Assembly (NCBI RefSeq): GCF_009914755.1
Contig: NC_060933.1
Reading direction: 5' to 3' (one strand)
Length of the DNA: 64,000 nt
Source: the human T2T-CHM13v2.0 reference genome, Homo sapiens
The translations under genes were made by a program, and so were the position numbers. Shown here in pieces: positions 1 to 15,471 of this stretch (position 1 is the first letter of the stretch; the number at the start of each line of letters is the position of its first letter). Below the pieces are notes generated by a model. It had not been told where the DNA came from and made no database searches. It worked only from the letters and a program-made list of their open reading frames with translations.

Positions 1-99
1 GGGTTAGGGTAGAAGCTGGAAACAAGGACAGCCTTTACCTAGTGAGCCAAGAAACTAAAATCCAGCCTCCTCTTACAACTACTTACAATGCAAAAAGAA

Positions 100-330
100 T
101 TACAGTGTAGGACTATGGAGCCTGCCTCTGGGGCAGGCTGCCTGGTGATACATTCAGCACTGCCACTTACTGCCTTGACCCAGGATGAGTTAATAGCTCA
201 CAGCCTCAGTTTACTCATCTGTCCAATTAGGATAGTAGTACTATCTCATAGGGTTTTTGTAAAGACTGAAGTTAATAAGTGCATAATCACATAGAGTTGC
301 TCTTGGAAAATAGTAAGTGCCTGTGAATAT
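100..330 (+). mobile_element. MIR
   Basis: gcctcagtttactcatctgt core. Confidence 0.75.
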
Positions 331-342
331 TAAAAATTTCCT

Positions 343-628
343 GGCCAGGTGCCGGGGCTCATGCCTGTAATCCCAGCACTTTGGGAGGCCAAGGCAGAAG
401 AATTACTTGAGCCTAGGAGTTTTGAGACCAGCCTGGGCAACATAGGGAGACCCTGTGTCTACAAAAAAAATTTAAAAAATTATCTGGGCATGGTGGCATA
501 CACCTGTAGTCCCAGCTACTCAGGTGGATGAGGTGGGAGGATTGCTCAAGCCCAGGAGGCCGATCACACCACTACACTGCAGCCTGGGCAACAGAGCAAG
601 ACCCTGTCTCAAATAAAATAAAATAAAA
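343..628 (+). mobile_element. Alu (J-like, small right-arm deletion)
   Basis: Alu dimer, A-rich tail, TSD aaaa(a/g)tttcct. Confidence 0.95.
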
Positions 629-664
629 GTTTCCTTAGAAAGAAAGCTTCAGGAGGTTAGGGAT

Positions 665-745
665 CTTTATTTCCTGATGTTTCCCAAATGCCTAGAACCA
701 TGCCTGGCACATAGCAGTGCTCAGTAAATATCAGTGAATGAATCC
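665..745 (+). mobile_element. L2 3' end
   Basis: gcctggcacatagcagtgctcagtaaatatcagtgaatgaat. Confidence 0.7.
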
Positions 746-797
746 ATCTCCTTATCCAATGCTGAACTTCAGGCTTCCATGTTTATCCCACTCTTAG

Positions 798-1280
<483 letters not shown>

Positions 1281-2391
1281 TGACCTGGCATTTAGACCTT
1301 CCAAAATCTGATTTCCACCTGTGTTTCTAGGCATGTGACCCACTGCACACTACACAGCCCCCACAGGGACCATTTCTCCTACCCTGAGCAAGCCATTCCT
1401 CCAAGACACACTTCTTTGCAACTCCTGCCCGTTGAAAGATTACTCATTCTACCAAGCCAGGCTTAAATGCTGCCTACTCTCTGAAGCTGTCTCTGATATT
1501 CCACCAGAGTTCGTCTCTCATCTGCACATCTACTAATTCTCTGTTCTCAACTCCTGTTCAGAAGACCTTGTAATCAAGTTCATTGTTTGCACATCTGTCC
1601 CTTTACTAAGGTGGAACTCCTTAAGGACAAGGGACCATATCTTCAGCAGCTCTGAATAGCATTGGTGCTTCATGCAGGGCCTTGCCTATAAATACAACTT
1701 CAACAGGTGGGAGTTGTTGGTGGGTTCCCACCTGCAAGCATAAGTCAGCAGGCTTCACAGTGAGTGGCCTAACATAGGTGTGGATCAGAAGGAAATGAAA
1801 GCTTCATTCTAGCTTCCCCAATACTACTTGTCTCTTACCATTCCGTTGTCTTGAGTATTCTTTGGGGAACCTGCTGATATAGGAGGAACAGTGGCTTCAA
1901 TCTGAAGGACTGTGCCAGCTTAGGGTGAGTATGACTCAGTCTGGAAGCAGAAGCAGAAGGGAATATGGTTTTGTGGATGAACGTGGGAGACAGCATGGCA
2001 TGAGGTTAGTGCTCTGAGGTCTGGTGCATCTGGCTTCCTGTCTAGGCTCTGCTGCTGACTGGCTGGATGACCTTTAGCGTATTCTTCATGCTTTGATGCC
2101 TGTTTCCCCATCAGTATACTATAGACAATGTTGGGACCTCCCCTAACCCCTGCCACTAGGGGCATAATGAAGAGGAAGCCAAGGGGTGTGCATATGACCC
2201 CACCACCAGTCTGCAGGGAATGCCACAAAGATGCTAGCCTTTGCAAATTCTGGTGCAGTGTTACGAGGAGACAAAGTTCACAAACATTACCTTGCCCCTG
2301 GGTACCACGTGACTTTTGTCTCCCTATATCTCCTGCACAATTGCAAGGATTAAACATGCTAATATGTATAACGGACTTAGCACCCTGCTCT

Positions 2392-2488
2392 CCAATAATG
2401 GCTTAATAATGCTCTGGTTTCTCTTCAGATCATATAAATCTTTCACCTTTTACCAATAATGGCTTAATACACCTTTTACCAATAATGG
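2392..2488. promoter_or_regulatory. Three consensus CArG boxes (CCAATAATGG) generated by local duplication
   Basis: CC(A/T)6GG at 2392-2401, 2453-2462 and 2479-2488; function untested. Confidence 0.4.
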
Positions 2489-2804
2489 CTTAATACACAT
2501 AAGCAAAAAGACTCAGTTAATATAGGCTATAAGTTGGAATCAATAATCCATGAAAGAAACCCTGGATAGGGTTTTTAGGACACAGGCACTGCTATACCCT
2601 AATAGAATGGATCAACTTTCATTCAGTTAAAAAAAAATCTACTTCTTTTTTATGCCACAAAGTGCCACCTTAAATTTATCTTAGTGATTGAATGTCATAC
2701 CCAAAAGAATCAAAAGCACTGGAGCAGTTGATCTGGTAGAAACTTCAGCATGTGTTTGTTCATTCCACAAAGGTTTACTAAACCCTTGCTTTGTGACAGG
2801 CACT

Positions 2805-3200
2805 GTATACCAGTTGGCCTTCTCTCTACATTATGCTGTTGCAACAGGCAACCCCAGTAATGGTTTCTTTCTTGCTACTGGAGCTCTGTTCTAGGTGTCT
2901 TCATTCCTGGACCCAGGCTGCAGGATCAGCCCCTATATGGAACATGCCATTCTTATGACAGAGAGAAAGGGGTACTAGGAGAACCATATAGTGGCTCTTA
3001 AAGTCATGCTTGGATGTGGCACGTGTAGCTTATATTCCATTGGCCAAGGCAAGTCACATGGCCAAGCCTGGCACCAATGGGGTAGGGGAGTATCCTCCTC
3101 CCATAGAGCAGCACTGCAGATCTCTTGACAATGAGTGAGGATATATAATCCTCCCACAGGGAAGGCAGAAAGGATTTGGGGGCAATAATACTGTCTGCCA
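2805..3200 (-). mobile_element. Old MLT1-family LTR
   Basis: ccattggccaaggcaagtcacatggccaagcc MLT1 motif. Confidence 0.65.
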
Positions 3201-3419
3201 CATGCTGTCATGAATGCTATCTAGTTTTAGTCTCTTGATAACTCTGTGAGGTAGGTATTATTATCCTCATTTTACAGAGTGGAAAATTGAGGTTTGGTGT
3301 GGCTAACCAACTTGCCCAAGATGTAGCCAGTAATAAGCACAGCTGCCTGAATCGAAGCCAGTACCAATGGTATATAGCCAGCCTTGGGCTTCTTGAGGAC
3401 TCATTTTCATATAGATGTT

Positions 3420-3560
3420 GTCATTCAGTAAACATTGATAAAGCATCTACTATGTGCCTGGCGCTGTGCTGGGCATTGGAAACACAGTGATGTGCAAGAC
3501 AGACACTCTTCCTACTCTCATGGAGTTTAGAGTCCAAAGGAAGAGAGAGGCAGACAGGAC
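3420..3560 (-). mobile_element. L2 3' fragment
   Basis: cattcagtaaacatt...ctactatgtgcctggcgctgtgctggg. Confidence 0.65.
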
Positions 3561-4578
3561 ACATGTAAAGTATGACTGGTATGTGCTTCTATGAGGGAGA
3601 TGCAGACTAAAGCAAGAGTCCATGGAGAGAGCATGCAACCAGACTCAGAGCATAAGAAATGGACATGTCTCTGATGACTGCACAGAATGTAAGAGCTGGA
3701 GGACTGGGTCACATGGCTGTTGTCAAGGCCCTGCCTGGCAGGGTGAGTGCCAAGGGCAGTTTCTGATTCAGAATTCTAAAGGGCACTCACAAGAGTTCAA
3801 TGCCGATGGGCATATGCCCAGCCTGTTGCTAACGGGACTGGACAAACCAGTGGCTGTGTGGCAGGAACCTACCATGTGCTTCCGACTAGTGAGTCTGACC
3901 CAAAGCCCTTTTCAGGCTTCTTCTGGGAGTGTTGCCTCTGCCTTACCTACACTCAGAGCCATGCATGCTGAAAAAAAAAACCCAAAGACCCAGAGATGTC
4001 AACAACAACCTGAGAGAGAAAGAGAAACCCAGATTTGATCTGATTTTGAATCGGCAGAGTGACACATGTTGCTTAGACTGCCAACGCACGCCACTCTCAC
4101 TTCCCTGAATGGTTTCCATTTTAGTGGCATTGTAATAAAAAGAAGAAGGAAAAAAATCCCCTGCAATGGTTTACAAAGTGTACCGCAATAGTAAGAAATA
4201 CCATTTTCTCATCACTGCTGCTGCAGCACCAGAGTATGGGGCCCAGCACTAGGCCTGTCTTTGCAAGCAGGACTAATTACATAGTAAGTGATTGCCCCTC
4301 AAACAGAGATGGCATGTGTGCTGGGAAATAGGTCACTTCTTAATGAGGTGAAGCTCCAGCAAGAAGCAAGCACAGATGCAGACTATTCCTCTTGGGATGC
4401 AAAAGGCATCTGAAAGGTGAGCACATATGTCCCATAGGGGAGCCTCTGGCCAAATGTCACATCTCCAGGGAAATGTCTTTGAAACAGATGACTCTACTTT
4501 CAGCTTGGTTATGGACACACACAACCTTGAAAGTTTCAGAAAATATCACAAAGCCAAATATATATGTATCTGCACGTG

Positions 4579-4605
<27 letters not shown>
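4579..4605. repeat. (CA)n microsatellite
   Basis: Direct. Confidence 0.95.
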
Positions 4606-4609
<4 letters not shown>

Positions 4610-4611
<2 letters not shown>

Positions 4612-5106
4612 GTATATTAGGATTCTTAAGAAAAGCAGAACCAATAAGATGTATGTAGACATATGGAAAAATATTATGAGGGATTGGCTCACTCAATTAT
4701 GGCGGTTGAGAAGCCCCACGATCTACTATCTACAAGCTGGAGGCCCAGGAAAGCCAATGATGTAATTCCAGTCCAACCCAGAAGGCCAGAAACCAGGGGA
4801 GTCAGTGGCACAAGTCCCAATCCAGGTCCAATGGTCCAAGAACCAGGGGCACCAGAAGACGGACATCCCAGGTTAAGCGGAGAGAGAAAGTTCACCCTTC
4901 CTCCACTTTTGTGTTCTATTCTGGCCTTCAACAAATTGGATGATTGCCCACCCACACTGGTGAAGGCCATCTTTTTACTCAGTCTACCAATTCAATGCTA
5001 ATCTCTTTTGGAAACACCTTCACAGACATACCAAGAAATAATGTTTTACCATCTATCTAGCCATTCCTTGGCTCAGTCAAATTGATACATAAAATTAACC
5101 ATCACA
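4610..5106 (-). mobile_element. MLT2 (ERVL) solo LTR
   Basis: Ends cataaaattaaccatcaca, the reverse complement of the MLT2 start; typical body. Confidence 0.88.
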
Positions 5107-5734
5107 GTAGGTATATGTATCTTCTTACCCTTGATTGTATTTGAAAACTACACATGGACACTACTGGGCTTTGAGTGTCGACTTGCTTTAAAAATAGTCT
5201 TGGAGCTTGGAAAGGAGCCCTTCTTGGAGAGACAAGCAAACTGACTCAGCCCGAGGGTTATGGGCAGAGAACCTGCAAAAATTGTGGTTCACAGCCACCA
5301 TCATACATTCCTTGCTAACTCTGACACAAATGGTAAAATGATGAAGAGCTACACATTGCTGGGGAACCACGGGGCCTGTGCATTCAGGGTCAGCCGGTGG
5401 GGAGGAGGAAGAGCAGATTAAGCAAGTATGTCCCATGCCCCATGCCTCAATAATCAGGATAAATCATATTTTAATAATGCAGTATTTTAGAAAATCAAAT
5501 TAGCAAACTATGGCCATGGGCCATCTGCCTGTGTTTATAAATAAAGATTTATTGGAAGCATTTTTTCTGAAACTATTCCAAGTTTTACTGGAACGGAGTG
5601 TAGTGTGCCTGTTTAAATTTTACACCCAAGCCAAGTCCTTACCACCTCATCTTAGTCCTGGCCCTGCCTCATATCCATTTACTCATCATTTCCTTCTCAT
5701 CCAGCACTACAGAGTGCCAGGCACTAGGAGACAG

Positions 5735-5935
5735 AGCTAACAGTTACTGAGCACTTAATATATGCCAAGTACTATCATTAGCAGTTTACACATATTACCT
5801 CACTTAATCCCCACAACAATTTCATAGGTAAGAACAGTTATTCATGCCATTTTACAAAGGAGGAAACTGAGGCATAGAAAGGTGAAGAAGCTTTCCCAAG
5901 ATCAAACAAGTAGGAAGAGGTAGAGTCAGGGTTCA
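5735..5935 (-). mobile_element. MIR
   Basis: ccattttacaaaggaggaaactgaggc core. Confidence 0.8.
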
Positions 5936-6184
5936 TATGAAGAAGTTTGAGGGCTTTGATGGAGATGGATGCCTGGAGAAAGGAAGGATTACTCAGCTCT
6001 GAGAGGTCATCACAGAGGAGGTGACTTTAAGCAGGGTGTTGAAGGGTGAGTAGAAGATTGCTAGGCAGAAATAATAAATCTAGGTTGCTGTAGTGTTTCA
6101 GAAGAGAAAATATATCTGGAGAGGTTTTCTCTGGCTTCCCTAGGCCCATGTGTTGCCCTAAAATCAGAACAGCAGCAAAATAAT

Positions 6185-6420
6185 ACAAATAACCAACATT
6201 TATTGAGTGCTTACCCTATGTGCTAGGTACTGAACTAAGTACTTTATATGTGTTATCTCATTAAATCCTCAAATAAACCTGAGAAATGGGCACTACTCTT
6301 ATTTCTGTCTGACATATGAAGAGTCTGAGGCTCAAAGGAGTTAAGTAACTTGCCAAAGCTATACAGATAGTAAGTGGCTGAGCCAGGATGCAAAACCAGG
6401 GGATGCCACAGTGTGAACCG
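6185..6420 (-). mobile_element. MIR
   Basis: tgaggctcaaaggagttaagtaacttgcc core. Confidence 0.75.
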
Positions 6421-6502
6421 CAGTGGGCACTGCTCATCTTGTAGTCTGTGCAAAACCCAAAAACTTGGTGCCAGAGCTTCAGGCTTAGCAAAAGCAATAT
6501 GC

Positions 6503-6684
6503 CAGTGGTGCTCAAACTTCACAGTGCATCCAGTTCACCTGAAGGGCTTGTTTAAAAAAAAAAAAGCAAGCAGATTTCTAGGCCACCTTAGAATCAGAGA
6601 TTCTCATTTAGGAGGTCTGAGGTGAGGCCAAGAATTTTTATTTCTAATGCTGCTGGTCCTGGGACCAGACACGGAGAACCACTG
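6503..6684. mobile_element. MER5A hAT-Charlie DNA transposon
   Basis: TIRs cagtggtgctcaaa / gagaaccactg. Confidence 0.8.
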
Positions 6685-8512
6685 TATCACATTGACTCTC
6701 AGCAACAGCAATAGTACTGTCCTCCTAAGCTGCACCAGGGAATACAAGTACAGGAGGTAGTTGAAAGAACATGCTTCTTCCTTCTTAGTATATAGATCAG
6801 GATCCACTTAGTGAGAAACATTCAACCTCCCTTCTTTTTATTCCAGTTGTCCTTTTCTCTGACACTTGCATCAATTTTCTGATTGCCTAGGCTCTTAATA
6901 TTGCTTTCTGTTCATGTGGGCTTTAATGACTTGCTCGACATGCTAGTGCTTTTGCAGAATTAGGCAGCCCATGTCCCACCACTTCTGCTCTGAGCCTGAT
7001 GTGCCTCTTAAATTGACACAAACTCCAGCTATCAATGTGAGAAGGATCATGTGTTTCCTGATGGTTCTCTAGGCTCCACAGGGGCCAAATTACACCAAAA
7101 AGTAATTGGTTTCATGTATTAGTCAGGAGTCTTTGGGTTGCAAGTGACAAAACACAATTTGAACTGATCTGGAAAAACTGACATTTACTGACATACATAT
7201 CCTGATCACAGGAAGAGCAAGGGTGCCGCTGGTCTGCAAGCGTGACACATCAGGGCTTTAAATGCTACTGGGACTCTGCCCTTCACCCCCTGCCTCTCTC
7301 TGGGTATCAGCAACATCCTTTCAGGCAGGCTCCAAACAGCTTCCTTTGACTCCCAAGCTCTGTTTTCAGTCCCACCTTGAAATAGGGATAAACAGACCTG
7401 GTTTCTGGATTCTGGGAAAGGGCTCTTGGTGGCCTAGCTTAGATAGTTGTCCATCCCTGGACCAGGACCTTGGCCATTTTGGATGTCTACCCATACCCAA
7501 TCTGAGATGGAGTGGGACAGGGCTTGTAGAAGATGTTAGCTTTCCCTCAAACCATAATGTCAGAGTGAGTGAAGGAGCATTTCTAGAAAAGAGAGGAAGA
7601 GATATTTGGTAGGAAAATAAAGCCCCAGAGGTGAGTGGGTGAGTGGAAGGAGGGATGCATGCCTCCTCAGGACCAGGTGCTGAGGTGGCAGAGGGGAGAT
7701 GGAGAGAGGGGAGAAGGAAAGTCTCAGCCTTCCTGGAACTCACAGTCTAGAAAGGCCAAGTCATGCCAGAGATGTCAGTGGAGGTTGGCAGACATTTCTG
7801 TGGATCACAGCAGGAGGCATAGCAAATATTTCATCTCAAATATTTTGAGAAAACCTGGGTTCTTCTGGATGGGCTCATCTATTCACCCCCACCCCCAACC
7901 AACTTTTGAGCATCTACTGTGTGTTAAACAACATGTCTGCACTCAAGAAGCTGAGCATTAATGGAATGCCCTAAGGTGGCATCAGACCTTGTCTCTAGTG
8001 GATCAATCACTCCCAAAGATGCATTTAAAGCTCCCTGAAAAGGAGCATCTGCGTCTTCACTGGCTACTGTCCCCATCCTCCTTATGTTGCCTGTAAGGAC
8101 TCTCTTTCTATATCCACTCAGGCTTTCACAGGCCAAGGCTCTACCTCACTTTTGCAGGGTAATCTCACTGAGAATGAAGAGTCCCCTCACTGTGGCTTTC
8201 TATTTTCTCACTCTGGGTCTGTAAGTGGAGACAGTCTTCTATCTCTTTATGTCATTGCCTTTGATTTCCTTGGGATTCTCCCTGAGATTCGTTGGCCATC
8301 TTAAGCTGTGGCTTCCAGAGCTTTTTATTAAAAATGGAACAATCATTGCAAAGCCCCCTCAGCCATTCAATAGTGTCACTAGAGACACGCTTGACTCCAT
8401 TTCTCTGACTGAGCTGGCAGATGTTGACCCTGGGAGAGGACAGGAGGCAGGTACCACTGGGCCCCTGTTTCCCTTTCTGTCTTCTCCACAAGCCTCTCTG
8501 CTCCAGGCCTTC

Positions 8513-8814
8513 TTTTTTTTTTTTCTTTTGAGGCAGAGTGTTGCTCTGTCACCTGGGCTGGAGTGCAGTGGTGCAATCTTGGCTCACTGCAACCTCCTCC
8601 GCCTCCCTGTTTCAAGCAATCTTCCCACCTCAACCTCCAGAGTAGCTAGGACTACAGGCACGCACCACCATGCCCAGCTAATTTTTGTATTTTTAGTAGA
8701 GATGGGATTTCACCATGTTGGCCAGGCTGGTCTCAAACTCCTGACTTCAAGTGATCCGTCCACCTCGGCCTCCCAAAGTGCTGGGATTACAAGTGTTAGC
8801 CATTGCGCCTGGTC
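8513..8814 (-). mobile_element. Alu
   Basis: Full dimer with poly-T. Confidence 0.95.
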
Positions 8815-10399
8815 TCAGGTCTCCTCTTTCTAAGAGTCTAGCCATGAGGGTGGAGGAAGAACGCAAGCCTTGCTCTCAAGCCCCGCCTGTCTTAAGAGTC
8901 TGAGGGGCAGCATAGCCTGAGGAACTTATGTGTGGCAACGTGGGGATATCAGTCACCTGTCTCTTACCCCACTGGGAATGTCAGTAGCCCCTGTCTCTAC
9001 CTCTGCAGCAATGTAGTAAACCAAGTTTAAAGGTGTCTTGCTTCATCTTTGTACTTTCCATATTGAGGATACCTTTCTCTCTGCCTGTCTGCCTGGGAGC
9101 TTCTATTTGGTGGCTGTCTTTACTGTCTTTATTTCCTCAATGCCTAGCATAGTGCTTGGAGCACAATAGGTATTCAACAAATGACTGATCCCATTAATGG
9201 AACTAATCAAGGAACCATCTCAACCATTCCCTTAAAAGTAAGGGATGAGTAGGGACAATATTGTGGGGGCTTCTGATGTTATTGTTGGATTTGGTGAATG
9301 ATAATTAAGAGCACCCTTAAATTCCCTTTAAATTCAAAATAGATTGAAAAATGAGACAACATGAGCTTTTTATTTGTATGGCTGATTAGTGAATATGATT
9401 TAGATCTGTGTGCTGAATACATCCTCTGCTGAATTAAACTCTCCCCCAGACGCAGACAGGCCTGGATGACACCGGCATCCTCTGGGAATAGGCTGCTTTT
9501 CAAAGGACACAGGAAAGAAGTGTGTCCTCAGGATATTCCCAAAAGGGTAGAAAGGCCACCCCACACATGCCCATCCCTGTCATAGCTGGGCCTGCTCTGA
9601 GCTCCCTAAACCCTCACTGTGCCCTGTGCCCATAGTAGGCCACTCCACCATCACTCTTCTTGGTTCTCAAGTTCCAGGAGCTTTGCAAACAACAGATGCT
9701 TCCCTAGTATAAAGGAAAGAACAAGTCTTTGGGCCATGGGTCCTCCTCTTCTCAGTGTCCCTGGATAAAGTCATCTAATCACCCTGAGCCTTGCTTTCCT
9801 CAGTGAAAGAATGGGGCTGATCTCAACCTTGCCTGCCATCGAGGCTCAGATGACCTCCAAATGCATCCTAAACTGCTCACATTCTTTTGCAAGGAGGGTT
9901 TTTCTTCCTCAAAGCAAATGGGAGGGCCAAGTAAGAGAATTTATACAAGGGCTTTGAAAAGAGCTCTGCATGCTCCTTTTGGAAACTGAGGCAAGTGAGC
10001 GCTAAGTAACTTTCTGGAGGCCTCATCGTACACCAGCTGGGATTCAGCCTCAAGTTGTGCATGTTGGCCTCCAAAAGCCCTGACTTCTCGCTAGAAGGAG
10101 CCTTCTCAAATGAATCCTATGACGACCTAATGCAGGCTCATAGGTCTCACTCCAGAATACTGAATCAGAGCATCTGAGATCAGGGCCTGGAAACCTACAG
10201 GTTAACAGGTTCCTTGGGTGCTTCTTACTGCAGTAGCTCAAGCTGTCCCATGGTGATGGGCTGGAGCTGCCACATACAGGCCAATTGTTCTACTCAGTTA
10301 TTCTCATCTCTGCCATTTCCATAATGACTTAGCATCTATACCCATCTCTAAAATGTTAAGGCACTTTGCCAAACATTATTTTGTTTAATTGACAGACAG

Positions 10400-10630
10400 A
10401 ACCATATAGTGGTTAAGAACCTAGTTTCTGGAGCTAAGCTCCTTGGTACCCAGTTGCAGCTGGGGTGCCTCCCAGCTTCGTGGTTTGTGCCTCCATTTCC
10501 TTCTCTGTACCATGGGAATGCGCTTTGCATCCTACCTCATAAGAGTTGTTAGCAGTGAAGACTTCAGTGCACTAAAGTACATAGAATAGTGCCTGTTGTG
10601 GAGTAGGTGCTTAATAAATCTTCATTTATT
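10400..10630 (+). mobile_element. MIR
   Basis: tagtggttaagaac...cctacctcataagagttgt...tagtgcctg. Confidence 0.65.
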
Positions 10631-11202
10631 ATTCCTAATGAGGAAATGGAGGATAGATTTGTGTAGGATACAGTAAAAAGTGGACTGACCACAGCCAACA
10701 CCCAGGTTTTCTGGTTCTACTTCTACACTTCCATGAACTTAATCTTTGTTTGCCTTTCAAAGTCACTTAGAATTTAAAGCAGTAGTAAAAATACCTCAAA
10801 TGCAGTCAACCAACAAATATTTATTAGGTTTTACTGATGTGTGCAGGATGCTGTAGGAAGATATGAATGGATGTTATTAGCACACCTAAGCTGCTTAGAT
10901 GGGCTTGAAGGGTTGAGAGAACAGAGAAGTAGCGGAATGAAAGCAGCTTTGAATGGCAGGAGCTTGTCTAGGGAGCAGAGGCCTAGGTCTAGCTGAGCTG
11001 CTCACCTGGTCCCCATCGCCCACAAAGCTTTAATCAAGATATTCTGATCAGGCCAATGCTTCTGAACAGGCTAATAAGGAATTAACACATAAATGTTGCT
11101 TAGCAAACTTCTCCCTAGCATGGAACTGAAACAGGGACAGTGCTGAGAGGGAGGTTTTGTTTTGTTGTTGTTGTTTTGTTTTTGTTTTTGAGATAGGGAC
11201 TC

Positions 11203-12160
11203 AAATGGCAAACAGGTATTTGACAAGGTGCTCAACATCATTGATGATCCAAAAAATGCAAATCAAACTACAGTGAGAATCATCTCACCCCAGTTAAAAT
11301 GGCTGTTACCTAAAAAACACGCAATAACAAATGCCGGCAAGGATGTAGAGAAAAGGGAACACTCTTGGTGGGAGTGTAAATTAGTACAACCACTATGGAG
11401 AACAGTTTAGAAGTTTCTCAAAAAACTAAAATTAGAGCTACCATACGATCCAGCAATCCCACTGATGGGTATATACCCAAAAGAAAGGAAATCAGGATAT
11501 TGAAGAGATGCCTGCACTCCCATGTTTGTTGCAGCATTATTCACAATAGCCGAGATTTGGAAGCAACCTAAATGTCCATCAACAGATGAATGGATAAAGA
11601 AAATGTGGTACGTGTACACAATGGAGTACTATTCAGCCATAAAAAAGAATGAGATTCTGTCATTTGCAACAATATGGATGGAACTGGAGGTCATTGTGTT
11701 AAGTGAAATAAGCTAGTCATAGAAAGACAAACTTTGTTTATTTTCACTTGTTGGTGAGGACTAAAAATTAAAACAATTGAACTCATGGACATAGAGAGTA
11801 GAAGGATGGTTACCAGAGGCTCGGAAGGGTAGTGGGGAGGGGGAAGTGGGTATGGTTAATAAGTACAAAAATATGATTAGATATATAACTAGAATGAATA
11901 AGATCTAATATTTGATAGCACGAAGGGTAACTACAGTCAATAATAATTTATTGTACGTTTTAAAATAACTAAGAGTATAATTGGATTGTTTGTAACACAA
12001 AGAAAGGACAAATGGATAAATGCTTGAGGTGATGGATACCCCATCTACCCTGATGTGATTATTTCGCATCGTATGCCAGTATCAAAATATATAATGTACT
12101 TCATATATTATACCTACAGTGTACCCACAAAAATTAAAACAGTAAAATTTTTTTAAAGAG
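11203..12160 (+). mobile_element. L1MA1-3-like 3' fragment inserted into an Alu
   Basis: ORF2 C-terminus ([17 protein letters not shown]) plus L1MA 3'UTR; 13-bp TSD gaga(t/c)aggg(a/t)ctc. Confidence 0.88.
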
Positions 12161-12165
12161 AGAGA

Positions 12166-12445
12166 GAGACAGGGTCTCATTCTGTCACCCAGGCAGGAGT
12201 GCAGTGCATGTTCATAGTCCACTGCAGCCTAGAGCTCCAGGGCTCAAGAGATTCACCAGCTTCAGCCTCCCAAGTAGCTAGGGCTGTTGGTGTGTGCCAC
12301 CACGTCCAGTTATTTTAAACTTTTTGTAGAGATGGGGTCTCACTATGGTTGCGTAGGTTGGTCTTGAACTCCTGATCTCAAGTGATCCTCTTGCTTTGGC
12401 CTCCCAAAGTGTTAAAAATATAGGTGTGAGCCACTGCACCTGGTC
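12166..12445 (-). mobile_element. AluJ body; its tail is displaced to 11155-11202 by the L1 insertion
   Basis: Degenerate Alu continuing from the duplicated gagacagggtctc. Confidence 0.9.
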
Positions 12446-12893
12446 TTTAGTCTGGTTTTTGACAAGAAAGAGCCAGCCAGCTGTCTGCCCATGTCTTTGA
12501 GCTACATGAAGATTAGATCCCATTAGTCTTGGAGAGGGAGCAACAAGAAATAGAAGAGGGCACAGAACTGCACGTAGCCTCACCTACTTCAAAAGTTTCC
12601 CCTAAAACCCCTTAGGCATTCAGGAATGGGTGAGAAAAGGGTTTTCTTTCTATGAGAGTGGGGATTCCTCTATAAAATTTCCGGCTTTCAGGATAGCGGA
12701 CTCACATTAAAGTGTTAGGGGCTAGCCTGAAAACCTAAATTGTTTTCCTTGACAAAATGTGCCATAGATGCGAATACCTGATTCTGGTTAAAGAGTTGGT
12801 TTTTGCTGATTATGTAGTATAAAATGGAATCTGTTTTCCACTTTCCTTCTCTTCTACCATCCCTTTGCTTTTTCTATGCTCTCTCCTCTCTCA

Positions 12894-13473
<580 letters not shown>

Positions 13474-13899
13474 TCAGGAATGAATTTATTGAATAAATCA
13501 TCATAATTAATGTGTTTTTCAGGATCAAGAGGAGCAAAATAATTTAGGAACAAATAGTTCTGATGAGATGCTAAAAACTTACCTAATGTGTATACGACTT
13601 CATCTTTTTTCTTCAGTCTTGACCACTTTTTGGTGCGAACTTCTCCATTGACTTTGAGACCCTTAACCCTATATATTTTTAATAATACTATTGGGGTAGC
13701 TAAAATAAATTAGTACAGTGAAGTATATCTCTAGTCTCTTAAATACATCTCTAAATAATGAATATATTCCTGAAGATTTCTTTGTATTTGTAATTATTGC
13801 AGATCAAATATTTTATTTCCATAGAAAACTGACCTTCTAAAGATGATACAAGGTGTCTCTCTTTAGTATTAAAGAATTTATGCTTTAAAACTTTAGATA

Positions 13900-14792
<893 letters not shown>

Positions 14793-14883
14793 CTAAACAT
14801 TTGCTATCCATAATGAGGTAAAATGTGCTTGGGCTTTTTCCCCAATGTGAAATATGCTTAATTGTCTTGTAAAACTGTCTTGA

Positions 14884-15471
<588 letters not shown>

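Noticed and set aside
2931-2940. Additional CArG box ccctatatgg
   Set aside because: One mismatch to CC(A/T)6GG and lies inside an old LTR.
8225-8833. 202-aa ORF and many similar ORFs containing [14 protein letters not shown] motifs
   Set aside because: Translations of antisense Alu sequence, not genes.
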